A stretch of DNA of 64,000 nt from an uncultured delta proteobacterium (GTDB lineage Bacteria > Myxococcota_A > Polyangia > Palsa-1104): the NCBI GenBank assembly GCA_963785725.1, contig CAWAWS010000003.1, positions 128,001 to 192,000 of the forward strand, written 5' to 3'. The notes below the pieces were generated by a model that worked only from the letters and a program-made list of their open reading frames with translations, had not been told where the DNA came from and did no database searches. The stretch's first letter is position 1, and the number at the start of each line of letters is the position of its first letter. The translations under genes were made by a program, and so were the position numbers. Positions 17,227 through 29,513 of this stretch are shown here, one piece after another.

Positions 17227-18039
17227 CTATCGTTCTTGCGCGGCTCGCGCGGCGTCGGCCTCCGCCAGCTGCTGCGCGATGCGCGCGTTCACGTCGTCGG
17301 CGTGCGTGATCGGCCCCATGTGCCCGGCGCCCGCGATGGTCGCCAGCCGCGCCTTCGGCAACGTCGCCTCGAGCAGCGCCACGACGCGCCGCGCCGCCGC
17401 CGGCGAACGCTCGCCCGTCATCAGCAGCGTCGGCGCCGTCAGCTGCGCGTAGCCCGACGCCGGCGTGCGGTCCTGCATGAGCGAGCGCACCTCGCCGTAG
17501 ACTTTACGCCCGATCTTCAAGAACGACTCGCGCTGCGCCGCCGGCAGCGACTGCCACGCGCCCGCGCCGTTCCAATAGTCGACGAACGCCGTGAACCAGG
17601 GCTCTTGCCCGCCGTGCGCATCGTCGGTGAACGCGGGGTTGTTCGACGCCCGCGCCAGATCCGCGAGCCCGACCGCATCATCGGCGCCATACAGCACGCC
17701 GAACGTCACGGGATCGTAAGCGGCGAGCGAACGCAGCTGCGCCGGGCGCTCCTTGGCCACCATGAACGCCACGAAGCCGCCGTACGAATGCCCGACGATA
17801 TGCGCCGGCTCGCCCAGCGAATCCCACAGCTCGACGATCGCCGCCACGTCGCTGCGAAAGTCGAACGGCTGATCGTCGGGCCACGGCGGATTGGCGCCCG
17901 AGCCGAGAAAATCGGGGCTGACGACGCGATGACGCGGCGCCAACCGCTCGGCGAGCCGGCGCCACTGACGCCCCGACATGCCGCCGCTGTGCAAGAGGAT
18001 CGCGAGCGAGCCTTCACCACGCACGTCGTATTTGATCAT
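17227..18039 (-). CDS. Alpha/beta hydrolase
   Basis: LLHSGG, GHSYGG nucleophile elbow, AGHM. Confidence 0.9.
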   Translation of the reverse strand: MIKYDVRGEGSLAILLHSGGMSGRQWRRLAERLAPRHRVVSPDFLGSGANPPWPDDQPFDFRSDVAAIVELWDSLGEPAHIVGHSYGGFVAFMVAKERPAQLRSLAAYDPVTFGVLYGADDAVGLADLARASNNPAFTDDAHGGQEPWFTAFVDYWNGAGAWQSLPAAQRESFLKIGRKVYGEVRSLMQDRTPASGYAQLTAPTLLMTGERSPAAARRVVALLEATLPKARLATIAGAGHMGPITHADDVNARIAQQLAEADAARAAQER

Positions 18040-18215
18040 GACGCGCTCGACTGTACCGCGCCGCCGCCGAATCCGCAGCCGCCGCCATCGCGGCGAAGTG
18101 TGCGTGCTTTCGGCGCGCGGCGTGCGCCGCAAACCCGGCGCGTCGCAGCCGACCCACGCTCGCAGCGACCGAATCCAGCCTGGCGCGCCTGCCGTCGCGC
18201 GCCGCCGCCACGGAA

Positions 18216-18839
18216 TCAGCCCGGCGGGCGACAGAACAGCGGCGTCGGCAGGTCGCTCGGCGGGTCGCCGGGGCAGCCGTAATTCGTGATCTCCGAGCAG
18301 CGACAACGATCGGGATGGATTGTACCGTCGCTGTCCTGCACGCTCGAGCCGCAGTTCGTTGCGTAGTCGCAGTCGACCTCCGCGCAGGTCGTGCGGCACG
18401 TGCCGTCGTCGGTCGTGGTGGCGCGCTGCTGCCCGTTCTTGAGCTCCTCGGCGAAGCAGACCACCGAGCTGCCGACGCCGCCGTCGGGTGCATAAGGCGC
18501 TTTGTAGCTGCACCAACCGCCGTTGAAGACCTTGATCATGTGATAGACGACGTCGGTGATCGAGTCGCGGCAGTAGGCGTCGGCGGCAGCGGCGAGCTCG
18601 GTGGCGCCGGCGTCGGGCACCTGCAGCGCCGTCGGCAGGCACACCTCCATCGCGATGTGCGCCGCGCAATGGCCGCCCGAGCAGTGCGAGTTGTCGAACG
18701 TCAGATTGCACGCGCAGTTGACGACGTCGTCGCCCGGCTGCGCGATAATCGCCGACTGTTGAATATGCCCGTTACCGGACAAGCTGCAGCCGCTAATCAA
18801 CACGATTAGACCGAAGGCGAGACGCGACAGTCGCCTCAA
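18216..18839 (-). CDS. Cys-rich hypothetical lipoprotein
   Basis: Lipobox LISGC; many Cys; TTG start overlaps the upstream stop. Confidence 0.7.
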   Translation of the reverse strand: MRRLSRLAFGLIVLISGCSLSGNGHIQQSAIIAQPGDDVVNCACNLTFDNSHCSGGHCAAHIAMEVCLPTALQVPDAGATELAAAADAYCRDSITDVVYHMIKVFNGGWCSYKAPYAPDGGVGSSVVCFAEELKNGQQRATTTDDGTCRTTCAEVDCDYATNCGSSVQDSDGTIHPDRCRCSEITNYGCPGDPPSDLPTPLFCRPPG

Positions 18840-19789
18840 TTGACGAGACCGATGTCGTTGGCGCAAGGCTCGAACTCCTTGCCATCGAGCGCCAATGAAA
18901 AGAGCGCGCCCACGATTCCGGCGGTCACGTCGTCGCTGCAGAATTTGGCGGTCGTCTCGCCGTCGTCGGTATATTCGGCGTTCCAAACCGGCTTATTGGC
19001 GTCGGTATAAGGTTTGAGCGTATCGCACTCGGTAAACTTGTTGCATTCCTCGTCCAGCGCCGCGTCGAAGTCGGGTAAGAGCATCGGGATTTGATCGAGG
19101 TCGTTCTTTTGGACGGCCGCCATTCCCAGCGAATGCACTGTGGCGGCGATCCATTGGTCATACGTCAATTGATCGGCGGCCGTGGTCGTGAATCCCGGGC
19201 TGTTTTGATAGGAGTCGATATTGTCGGCTTCGACCGCGTCGAATCCTTTGCTTTGACAGAGCTTGAAGCGCGCCAACATGATCGCTTGCAGCGTCGCGTA
19301 ATTCGGACCCGCCGGGCGCACGTCGAGCCAGAATTCGCCGGGCCAACCATCGACCGCGGCGCCCTTCAAGCTCGCTGGGAACGACGCCGAGTCGGGACGA
19401 TCGGGCTCATACGTGCCGGCGTCCATGTAGCAGACGACTTTGATGCCGGCCTGGTGCAGCAGCGTGACCTCGGCGGCGCTGTTGCCGAAGCCGTCGATGT
19501 CGTAAACGCCGACGTTGCGCATGTTGTCGGGCGGCGCGTTCTGCAGATCCCAGTAGAACGTGGCGTTCTTGGACGGATGCCACCAGCCGGCGCCGCCGTC
19601 GCCGCTCACGCTGGCGTCGCCGCCGCCGGCGAGACCGGCCAAGTCGCCGCCGCTGCCCGCGAGGCCCGCCAAGTCGCCGCCGCCGCCGACCGCGGCGTCG
19701 GCCGCGCCCTTGCCGTGCGACGACGAACAGCCGCCGAGACAAACCAGCAGAGCTCCCGCGCAAAAACCCGAGCGAGCGACAGGTCTCAT
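18836..19789 (-). CDS. GH114 endo-alpha-1,4-polygalactosaminidase-like lipoprotein
   Basis: Lipobox LGGC; VCYMDAGTYE, GWPGEFWLD, KGFDAVEADN, QKND, EEC, NAEY. Confidence 0.88.
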   Translation of the reverse strand: MRPVARSGFCAGALLVCLGGCSSSHGKGAADAAVGGGGDLAGLAGSGGDLAGLAGGGDASVSGDGGAGWWHPSKNATFYWDLQNAPPDNMRNVGVYDIDGFGNSAAEVTLLHQAGIKVVCYMDAGTYEPDRPDSASFPASLKGAAVDGWPGEFWLDVRPAGPNYATLQAIMLARFKLCQSKGFDAVEADNIDSYQNSPGFTTTAADQLTYDQWIAATVHSLGMAAVQKNDLDQIPMLLPDFDAALDEECNKFTECDTLKPYTDANKPVWNAEYTDDGETTAKFCSDDVTAGIVGALFSLALDGKEFEPCANDIGLVN

Positions 19790-20098
19790 GACTCCAAGTA
19801 TATCACGCCCGCGGCCGCGACCGTCGCGTCACCGGCCGCGGAATTGGTACGAAACCGCGCATTCGCATATTCGTGAGTATCGGTTTTCTGTTTATTTTGC
19901 GCGCCGCCTGACAATTGCTGCAACCGACGGTCAGCAGCGCTGTCCGACGGGACTGTCTCGAACGCGAGACATCGCGTGAATACGTGTCGCGAATAATCGA
20001 TTTCGATATCGCCGGTTGTTGATCCACCAAATCGGCTTCCCTATACTCTGGCCGTCGCGGAGCAGTCGAATGCGCCTGCCAGCGACGCCAACGAAGCA

Positions 20099-21289
20099 AT
20101 GAAACCCAATGTGGCGCTGTTGCTGCTCGCATTGTGCGCCGAAGGGTGCGCGACCAAGCCCTGTCGTGACGGCACCGTTTATTTGACGCTCGATTATGCC
20201 GGCGTCGCCAGCGCCGCCGACGCGATCAGGCTCGACGTCACCGTCGGCGACAGCCACCAGGGTTACACGCGCCCGCGGACGCCGGGCGCGGCCAAAGACG
20301 CGCTCGAGATCGACTTTCGCGCCTATCCGCGCGCGGCCACCGTCGTCATCGCTGCGACGGCGACGCACGGCGGGCAGACGATCGGCGCCGGCCTCACGCA
20401 AGCGACGCTCGCCGCCGGCTGCACGGCGCTGACGCTCGACGTCGGCGCGGCGACGACGAGCGGCGACGACGCCGCGGCCGACCTTGCCGTCGACGCGCAC
20501 GATCTGGCCGGCGCCGATTTGACGAGCGCGCCGCCCGATCTGACGGTCGTGCCGCCCGATCTCGCTGTCGTGCCGCCCGACCTCGCGCCGCCGGCGACGA
20601 CGCACGATTTGGCGATGGCGCCGCCGCACGACTTGGCGATAGCGCCGGTCGTCGTCGACCTGGCCGTGCCGATCGCGCCGCCCGATCTGGCGCAGCCGAT
20701 CGTCGACATGGCGCAGCCGCCCGTCATCGGCTTCAGCGGCGAATCCGACACGCCGCAGATGCCGAACAGCACGAATTACACGGCGTTCACCGACGCCTGC
20801 CCGGCCGGCCAGGCCATGTTCGGCTTCAACCTCGCCGTCGCCACCGACACGTCCGGCAACCAGCTCGGCGTCAACCGCGCCGACACGCTGTGCGCCGTGC
20901 CCGCCGTCAAACCCGCCGTCGGCGGCGGCTGGACCGTCGTCTGGGAAGTCGGCCCGACGCTGCCCGGCCACGGCACCGCCGACCAAGCCACCGTCGCCTA
21001 TCAGTGCAATACGAACGCCTTTCTCGTCGGCTTCGGCGGCCGCTCGGGGCTCTATCTCGACAAGCTGCTCATCAGCTGCGCCTCCATCCTCGTCGACGGC
21101 AACGGCAACGTCAGCGTCGGTCCCACCAGCGACAGCAACACCGGCGTCGGCGGCACCGGCGGCAGCGCCTTCGCCAACATCTACTGCCCCGCCGGCCAAG
21201 TGGCGACGATGCTGCGCACGCGCGATCAGGCCGGCTCGGCGCCCAACGCGTTCGGCTACGGCTGCAGCACGCCGGTGGTCACGAAATGA
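20099..21289 (+). CDS. Lipoprotein with PPDL-repeat stalk and lectin-like C-terminal domain
   Basis: Lipobox AEGC; PPDL repeats; GFGGRSGLYLDKL jacalin-like segment. Confidence 0.75.
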   Translation: MKPNVALLLLALCAEGCATKPCRDGTVYLTLDYAGVASAADAIRLDVTVGDSHQGYTRPRTPGAAKDALEIDFRAYPRAATVVIAATATHGGQTIGAGLTQATLAAGCTALTLDVGAATTSGDDAAADLAVDAHDLAGADLTSAPPDLTVVPPDLAVVPPDLAPPATTHDLAMAPPHDLAIAPVVVDLAVPIAPPDLAQPIVDMAQPPVIGFSGESDTPQMPNSTNYTAFTDACPAGQAMFGFNLAVATDTSGNQLGVNRADTLCAVPAVKPAVGGGWTVVWEVGPTLPGHGTADQATVAYQCNTNAFLVGFGGRSGLYLDKLLISCASILVDGNGNVSVGPTSDSNTGVGGTGGSAFANIYCPAGQVATMLRTRDQAGSAPNAFGYGCSTPVVTK

Positions 21290-21981
21290 CGCCGCGCCGG
21301 CTGCTCTTGACGATCGTCGCGCTCGTGACGCTGACGTGGCCGTCGCCCGCGCGTGCCGACGATGCGCGCGAGGCGCAGGCGCGCTCCTACTTCTCGGTCG
21401 GCCTCGGCAAGTACAACCTCGGCGAATACGCGGCGGCGATCGAGGCGTTTCAGGCCGGCTACAAGCTGAAACCGCTGCCGCTGTTCCTGTTCAACATCGC
21501 CCAGGCGGCGCGTAAGAGCGGTCGCCTCGAGCTGGCACAGGAATATTACGTGCTGTACGTCGACCGCGAGATGACGCGCTCGGCGCCGCAGCGAACCGAA
21601 GCGCGCGCGCAGCTGATTCGCGTGCGCCACGAGCTGGCGGTGGCGGCGCGCGAACGACGCAATGCGCCGCCGCCGGCGAAGCTCGCCGTCAGCGAAGACG
21701 AGCCGGCGCCGAGCGCGCCGAAGACGGCGCCGATCGTCACTCCGGCGCCGGTCGCGACGACGTCGGTGCCGGCGGCGGCGCTCGAGCCGGCGCTGGCCGC
21801 ATCGCTGACGACGCCGGCGTTGACGCGCGAGCCGGCGCCGCGGCCGGTGTGGAAGCGCGCCTGGTTTTGGGGCACGCTCACCGCCGTCGTCGTCGTCGGA
21901 GTTGGCGCGGGCGTCGGCGGCTGGTTGGCTGTACAATCTCGCGGCCCGGCTAAACCGTCGTTGGGCGCGGTGAACTTTTGA
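21286..21981 (+). CDS. Secreted TPR protein with C-terminal membrane anchor
   Basis: YNLGEYAAAIEAFQAGY..P.FLFNIAQA; PVWKRAWFWG followed by a TM segment. Confidence 0.85.
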   Translation: MTPRRLLLTIVALVTLTWPSPARADDAREAQARSYFSVGLGKYNLGEYAAAIEAFQAGYKLKPLPLFLFNIAQAARKSGRLELAQEYYVLYVDREMTRSAPQRTEARAQLIRVRHELAVAARERRNAPPPAKLAVSEDEPAPSAPKTAPIVTPAPVATTSVPAAALEPALAASLTTPALTREPAPRPVWKRAWFWGTLTAVVVVGVGAGVGGWLAVQSRGPAKPSLGAVNF

Positions 21982-22021
21982 GCCTCTTGAAGCACATGAT
22001 CATGAAGCGTGAGACAGCCTG

Positions 22022-23704
<1,683 letters not shown>

Positions 23705-23807
23705 CATCGTTCGCCGCGACCTCGCAGGCGAAAGCTTTCCAGGCGCCCGTGGTTTGCCATTTCCATAGACGCCTCGCGTCGCTCACCGGTGACGTCGAGA
23801 GTGACGT

Positions 23808-24263
23808 TCACCTGATTCTCAACGACTCTAGCCATTTGTTAGGTCGTCCTGCGTAATGATCTCGAAGCCTGTCTTCAACGTGTTCCGCATCCCAAACCGC
23901 CGCACGCTCTAGACCGATGCAGTCGTCTCGCACTGCATGCCACTCTCGTTCGCCTTGCTTTACTCGAAAACTCCCACGTTTGAGGCCGTCTTCAATGAAA
24001 AACTTTGGCAAGACTAAGAGTTCGGGGGACAGCCTTACGTTTCCAACAACAGTCCAACGGCCTGAGGTGACGGCGCTATTTACTACATAGATTTCAAATG
24101 CAATCGGTAGCCTTACGATATCTGCAATCTGCATCTCCGTCTTCGATTCGCGGTCATAGAACGCGAACAGAGGATTCTCAAGCGCTCGAGCGTACGTTAG
24201 GACGTCTTTGCCGAGAGTTATCTTAACCACGTCCCCGGTTTCTGCTCTTCTTAATCTCTTCAT
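23808..24263 (-). CDS. Imm26-like immunity protein
   Basis: GDVVKI.L...YAR.L..PLFAFYD, W.VVGN, C.GLERAAVWDAEHVEDRLRDHY pattern; visibly lower GC. Confidence 0.75.
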   Translation of the reverse strand: MKRLRRAETGDVVKITLGKDVLTYARALENPLFAFYDRESKTEMQIADIVRLPIAFEIYVVNSAVTSGRWTVVGNVRLSPELLVLPKFFIEDGLKRGSFRVKQGEREWHAVRDDCIGLERAAVWDAEHVEDRLRDHYAGRPNKWLESLRIR

Positions 24264-24277
24264 AACTTGGATTATTA

Positions 24278-24940
24278 TCAATATTCGCAGATGATTCGGT
24301 TGGTAATCGCGTTTCGGCTCAGACTTATCTGGCACCGATTCCGACTTCTTTCGACATTGCTATTAGTACCGTTGTTGTCGGAAGTATATGCGTAGGAGAA
24401 GTGGACGCGATTGAGACTTCCATCTTGGAACTCGATCGAGTTGTCGCAGGCGGATTCAATCCACCCACCAGGCTGAATGACACCGATGATACGTTGGTTG
24501 TAATTGTGGTCCCAGCCGTAGCCGAGGACGCCCGCATAGTTTACGCGACTGCGATAGGTCCGTGTGAACTCGTAGTGAACGCCGTAGCCGGCGAGCTCGA
24601 CGTCGGTTCGCGCCTCGAAGAACTCACCGTCGCCGAGGACCGGATCGCCGCCGGCGGGATGGCGCAAATAAGGCACCTTGATGGGGGCAGTCCCCGTGCC
24701 ATCGATGCGAGCTGTCGGACTAACGATGGGGGCGGGCGCGGCTGCATATTCATCGATCGGACCATCCGGGCACGTCACCGGTGGACTGAACGACCAGTTG
24801 ACTTTTGCGGCGGCTGCTTGAGTGCCGGCGGGAAGGAGACAGGTCTGCGCCTCACTTCTCGTACAAAGCAGCAGGCCGGCCAGGATAAGGGCTACACGGG
24901 CCAGCTTCGCGAGCTGCGAGTCGAAGTCGGTCAATCTCAT
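24278..24940 (-). pseudogene. Truncated Rhs/YD-repeat protein N-terminus (DUF6531-like)
   Basis: Signal peptide, then GDPVLGDGEF..TDVEL.G.G..FTRTYRS...LGYGWDHNY; ends before any Rhs core. Confidence 0.7.
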
Positions 24941-25534
24941 GACGCGGACGCCTCTTAACGGACAGGTGCGGCGCCGCACTGCACGAGCTGAGCCGGGGGA
25001 TTTTCTCACCGGCAGTGTTACCGTTGGATGGTTGCTTAGCGCCGTTGCCAGCGCTGAAGAATGCGGTGGCTACTGTAGTCAGCTGCGACATGCCGCCGCA
25101 GATCTTCAGGCTAGCTGATCGGGGCGACCTTTGGTCTACTCGGCCCCGCGTCAGCTCTCATCGCCGGCAGCGGAGGGCGGCATCGTAATATCAGTTATTC
25201 TCGACTTCTCGTTGCAGGACAAAGCGGAGAAGCGCGCGGGAACACCTAGCCGCGCGTCGACCTCAGCTCGGCTCGATAGAAGGCAATCGCATCTTCGAGC
25301 AGGGTGCTAGGTCGGCCCCGTCCTTCCTAAAGTAGCCTCCCCGAGTTTCCCGCCCGACACCGCGACCTTGTACACAGGGCCGTTCGCGCGCTGCCCGCCT
25401 ATCGGAACCCTAGCGCCAACGGCATCGAAAGCAGCCAAGCGCGCGCGACATCGCGCCACTGCGTAACCAGCTCCGGCATGCGCGACCCGGTCTTCGGCAG
25501 CTCCACGCGCACCGCTTTGTCGTCCACCGCTGCC

Positions 25535-26268
25535 TCAGCTCTTGTTGCCGGCGACGATCAGGAATATCGGGATCCGCTTCCGCCGCTCATACGTCTCGCG
25601 CGTCGTGAACATCTCCGGCCGCGGACACGCCTCGCACAGCGCGTCCACGACGAACCCCGACGAGCGCATGGCCGCGAAGTAATTCTCGACGGTGCGGTGG
25701 TACTTCTCGACCTCGCCGCCCAGCCACTTCTCGATGCGCGACCCGCTGTCGAAGTAGTTGTCGACCAGCCAATCCTGCCGCACCGTCCCCTCTTTCCAGC
25801 CGCGCGAGCAGGACGAGATGACCGGATGCTCGACCGAGAACACGAAGCGGCCGCCGTCGACGAGCGCGCGCGCAATGTCGGAGAACACGAGGCCGACGTC
25901 GGCCACGTAATGCAGCGCCAGCCGCGACACCGCCAATCGAACGCCGCCGTCGGAAACTTCCACGTCTCGACGCGCTGCTCGATGACCTGCGCCGTCGCCT
26001 CGCGGCCGGCGAGCGTCTCGCGCGCGGCCTCGGCCATCTTGCGCGAGCCTTCGACGCCGACGTAGCTGACCGCGCCGCGCACCAGCAGCTCCTTGCCGTA
26101 GGCGGCCGCGCCGCAGCCGAGGTCGAGCACGCGTCGCCCGCGCACGTCGCCGACGAGCTCGTCGAAGACCGGCGCCTCCATCGTCTCGTTGGGGCTGTCG
26201 CGACGCAGGCGCATGGCCATGTACGTCGCGAAGACGTCGTCGTAGAACTCGGGGCCGTCGGAACCCAT
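25535..26268 (-). CDS. Class I SAM methyltransferase, frameshift near 25935
   Basis: VLDLGCGAA in one frame; SRLALHYV...FVFSVEHP...YHRT in the next. Confidence 0.85.
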
Positions 26269-26684
26269 GAAGTGCACCCATTATAGCGACAACGCCGCAC
26301 GGAATCAGTGACCGACTTTCCACCCTGCCGCCGCGGCCGTCCGAGTGGCATCGGCGAGGGAGCGATTCGGCCGCCGTCGCCGTCGCTGCCGCCGACGGGA
26401 GCGACGGGTCGTGACCGGCGTCCGCGACGAGGAGGGACGCGCATGCGGGCTGTCGTGGAGGCGCTCGACCGGCGACGCGAGGCCGGGCGATGGGCTCGCA
26501 ATCGCCGACCGCGACGAGGTTGCGCGCCGCAAAATGACGCCGCTTTGGGCTCGATATCGGGCGCGAGCTTGACCGTCGCGGCCGCCGGTCGGAGGGCGCG
26601 GACCAATACTGGCTAAGCGCACTCGCCGCGAAATCAAGCTGCGGGCGCGCGAGCGCCTCGCGCGGCCAGGCGTAGACTAGAACC

Positions 26685-28227
26685 ATGGCCGACCGGCGCC
26701 CACCCGCACGCTCCGACGGCGACGCGCGCTCGGCCGACCCGCATTCGCCCGCAGGCTCCGACAGCGTCGCGCGCTCCCGTCCGCCGGCTCGCTCCGACGG
26801 CGCGCTCGTCCTCGGCAGCGCGCGCGGCCGCTGGGTGCTCGCCGCCACGGTCCTCGGCTCCGGCCTCGCCATGCTCGACTCCACCGTCGTCAACATCGCC
26901 GGCCCGTCGATGGCACGCGATCTCCACGTCGGCGTCACCGGCCTGCAATGGATCATCAACGGCTACACGCTGACGCTCTCGGCCTTCCTCTTGCTCGGCG
27001 GCGCGCTCGGCGATCGCTTCGGCCGCCGCCGCCTGTTCATGCTCGGCGTAACCTGGTTCACGCTCGCGTCCATCGCCTGCGGCCTCGCCGGCTCGACGCT
27101 GACGTTGACGCTCAGCCGCCTCCTGCAGGGCGTCGGCGGCGCGCTGCTGGCGCCCGGCAGCCTCGCCATCCTCGGCGCCAGCTTCGCGCGCGACGAGCGC
27201 GCGCGCCGCCATCGGCGCCTGGAGCGGCCTCGGCGGCGTCACCATGGCCATCGGCCCCTTCGTCGGCGGCTACCTCGTGCAGGCGGTGTCGTGGCGGCTC
27301 GTGTTCTTCATCAACGTGCCGTTGGCGCTGGCGGTGCTGCTCATGACCCACCGCTTCGTGCCCGAGAGCCGCGATCCCGACGCCGGTCCCATCGATGTCG
27401 CCGGCGCGCTCTTGGCGGCGCTGGCGCTGGGCGGCATCACGTACGCGCTCATTCAGGCGGGCGGCGATGCGCGCGGCGCCGTCGACGTGTGGCTGGCCGG
27501 GGTCGGCGGCGTGATGGCGCTCGTGGCCTTCTTCGTCGTCGAGGCGCGCCGGCGCGCGCCCATGCTCGATCTCGCGCTGTTTCGGCATCGGCCGTTCGGC
27601 GCCGCCAACGTCGAGACGCTGGTCATCTACGCGGCGCTCGGCGGCGCGCTCTTCCTCATGCCGGTGCAGCTGCAGACGGTGCTGCACTATTCCCCGCTGG
27701 CCGGCGGCGCCGCGCTGCTGCCGTCGACGGCCATGATGATGTTCCTCTCGTCGTCGATGGGACGCTTGGCCGCGCGTATCGGGCCGCGCATTCCGATGAC
27801 GGTCGGGCCGCTCGTCGCCGCCGTCGGCCTCGTGCTGCTGGCGCGCATCGACGGTCACAGCCATTACGTGGCGAACGTCTTGCCCGGCGTGCTCGTGCTC
27901 GGGCTCGGCCTATCGATCACGGTGGCGCCGCTGACGGCGACGGTCTTGGCGGCGGCGCCGGTCGGCCGCACCGGCATCGCCTCCGCCATCAACAACGCCG
28001 TCGCGCGCAGCGGCAGCTTGCTCGCCGTCGCCATCTTGCCGGGCGTGGCCGGGCTCGGCGGTGGTCACGCGCTCGATCCGGCGCGCTTCGCGGTCGGCTA
28101 TCCGCGCGCGCTCGGCTATGCCACGGGCGGCTGCGTGGCCGGCGCGCTCATCGCCGCCTGGCGCGTCATCCGGCCGCCGACCAGCGACGACCGCCCGTGC
28201 GCGCCGTTGCCCGTCCACCCGTCGTAA
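26685..28227 (+). CDS. DHA2-family MFS transporter, frameshift near 27205
   Basis: LDSTVVNIA, GGALGDRFGRRR, then GPFVGG, FFINVP in the shifted frame. Confidence 0.88.
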
Positions 28228-28252
28228 CGACGCGGACACGCAATGCGCCATC

Positions 28253-28484
28253 GGCAACAATGATGATGGCGGCCATCAAACGCGACCCATCCGCTTTCGG
28301 CGCATGTGCCTGCGCGGCGCTCCGTATCGCTGCGCAGGCCTGGGCGGCAATGATGATGATGGTCATCGAATCGCGCCAGGCGGCCTCATCGCTCCGCTGC
28401 CCATCAATAATGATGCCGGTCATCAAACGGCGCCAGGCGGCCTCATCGCAGCGCTTTGCGGCAATCATGATGGCGGTCATCAAA
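28253..28484. repeat. Four dispersed copies of a palindromic motif (CAAT..TGATG-N5-CATCAAA)
   Basis: Copies near 28258, 28348, 28405, 28462, between convergent genes. Confidence 0.75.
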
Positions 28485-28568
28485 GGTGAAGGGCCGCTCT
28501 CGCCGCTGGCGCGTCGTGCGCGACCTCGCGGCTCGCGCGTCATGCGCGGCCTCGCCGCCCCGCGGCCG

Positions 28569-29423
28569 TCAGCCGACGAGGCCGCGCACGACGTCTTCGA
28601 TGCCGACGAGGCCCCGCCGCGGCGCGCCCTTGAACGCGATCCGGCCCGCGTTGAACCCGCCCACCATCTCGCGGAACAGCGCCGCCATCTTCGGCTTCAT
28701 TCCCGCCTGCAAGAGCGCCGGCTCGATCGCCGCATCCGGCACCGGCACGACCTGCACCGGCCGCCCCAGCACGCGCGCGAACGCCGCCGCCACCTCCTCC
28801 GGCGTGTAGTCGCGCGGCCCGGCGAGCTCGATGACGCGCTCCGCCGCCGCCCCGGCGACGAGCGCCTCGGCCGCGACGCGACCGATGTCCGCCGTCGCCA
28901 CCATGCGCGCCGCGTGCCCCAACGTCAGCATCGACGGCAAGACGCCGTCCGCCTTCGCCGGATGCACGACCGCGCCCCAGTTCTCCATGAAATAGGCCGC
29001 GCGCACGGCCGTCAGCGCCAGCCCCAACGACCCGAGCGCCGCCTCCAGCCGATGATTGCCGACGATCGGCCCCGTTCCGCTCGCCAGCTCGGCGCCGATC
29101 GACGACAACATGACCACGTGCTTCGGCTTGGCCGCCTGCAGCGCCGCCGTCCAGCTCGCGATCAGCGTCGCCTGCGTCGCCAGCAGGTCGTCGGCCTGAT
29201 GATTGGGCGGCAGCATCACGTAGACGCCGTCGGCCCCACGCAGCGCCGCCGTCAGCGCCGCCGTGTCGCTCAGCTCGGCCACGGCCACCTCGGCGCCGCG
29301 CGCCTTCCAATCCGCGCCCTTCTTGGCGTCGCGCACGATGACGCGCACCGCGTGGCCTTGCGCCAACAACGCCTTCGCCGCCGCTCCGCCGGTATTTCCA
29401 CTCGCTCCGCTGATGACGAACAT
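28569..29423 (-). CDS. NmrA-family NAD(P)H-binding protein
   Basis: ISGASGNTGG Rossmann motif, YFMENW, VATADIG. Confidence 0.9.
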   Translation of the reverse strand: MFVISGASGNTGGAAAKALLAQGHAVRVIVRDAKKGADWKARGAEVAVAELSDTAALTAALRGADGVYVMLPPNHQADDLLATQATLIASWTAALQAAKPKHVVMLSSIGAELASGTGPIVGNHRLEAALGSLGLALTAVRAAYFMENWGAVVHPAKADGVLPSMLTLGHAARMVATADIGRVAAEALVAGAAAERVIELAGPRDYTPEEVAAAFARVLGRPVQVVPVPDAAIEPALLQAGMKPKMAALFREMVGGFNAGRIAFKGAPRRGLVGIEDVVRGLVG

Positions 29424-29513
29424 GGGCTTCTCCTGTCGGTTGTGACTGCGGGACGAGAGGAAAGATGCGCCCGGCCACGCCATTCGTACAATTCATTGTT
29501 ATCATCACGACCC

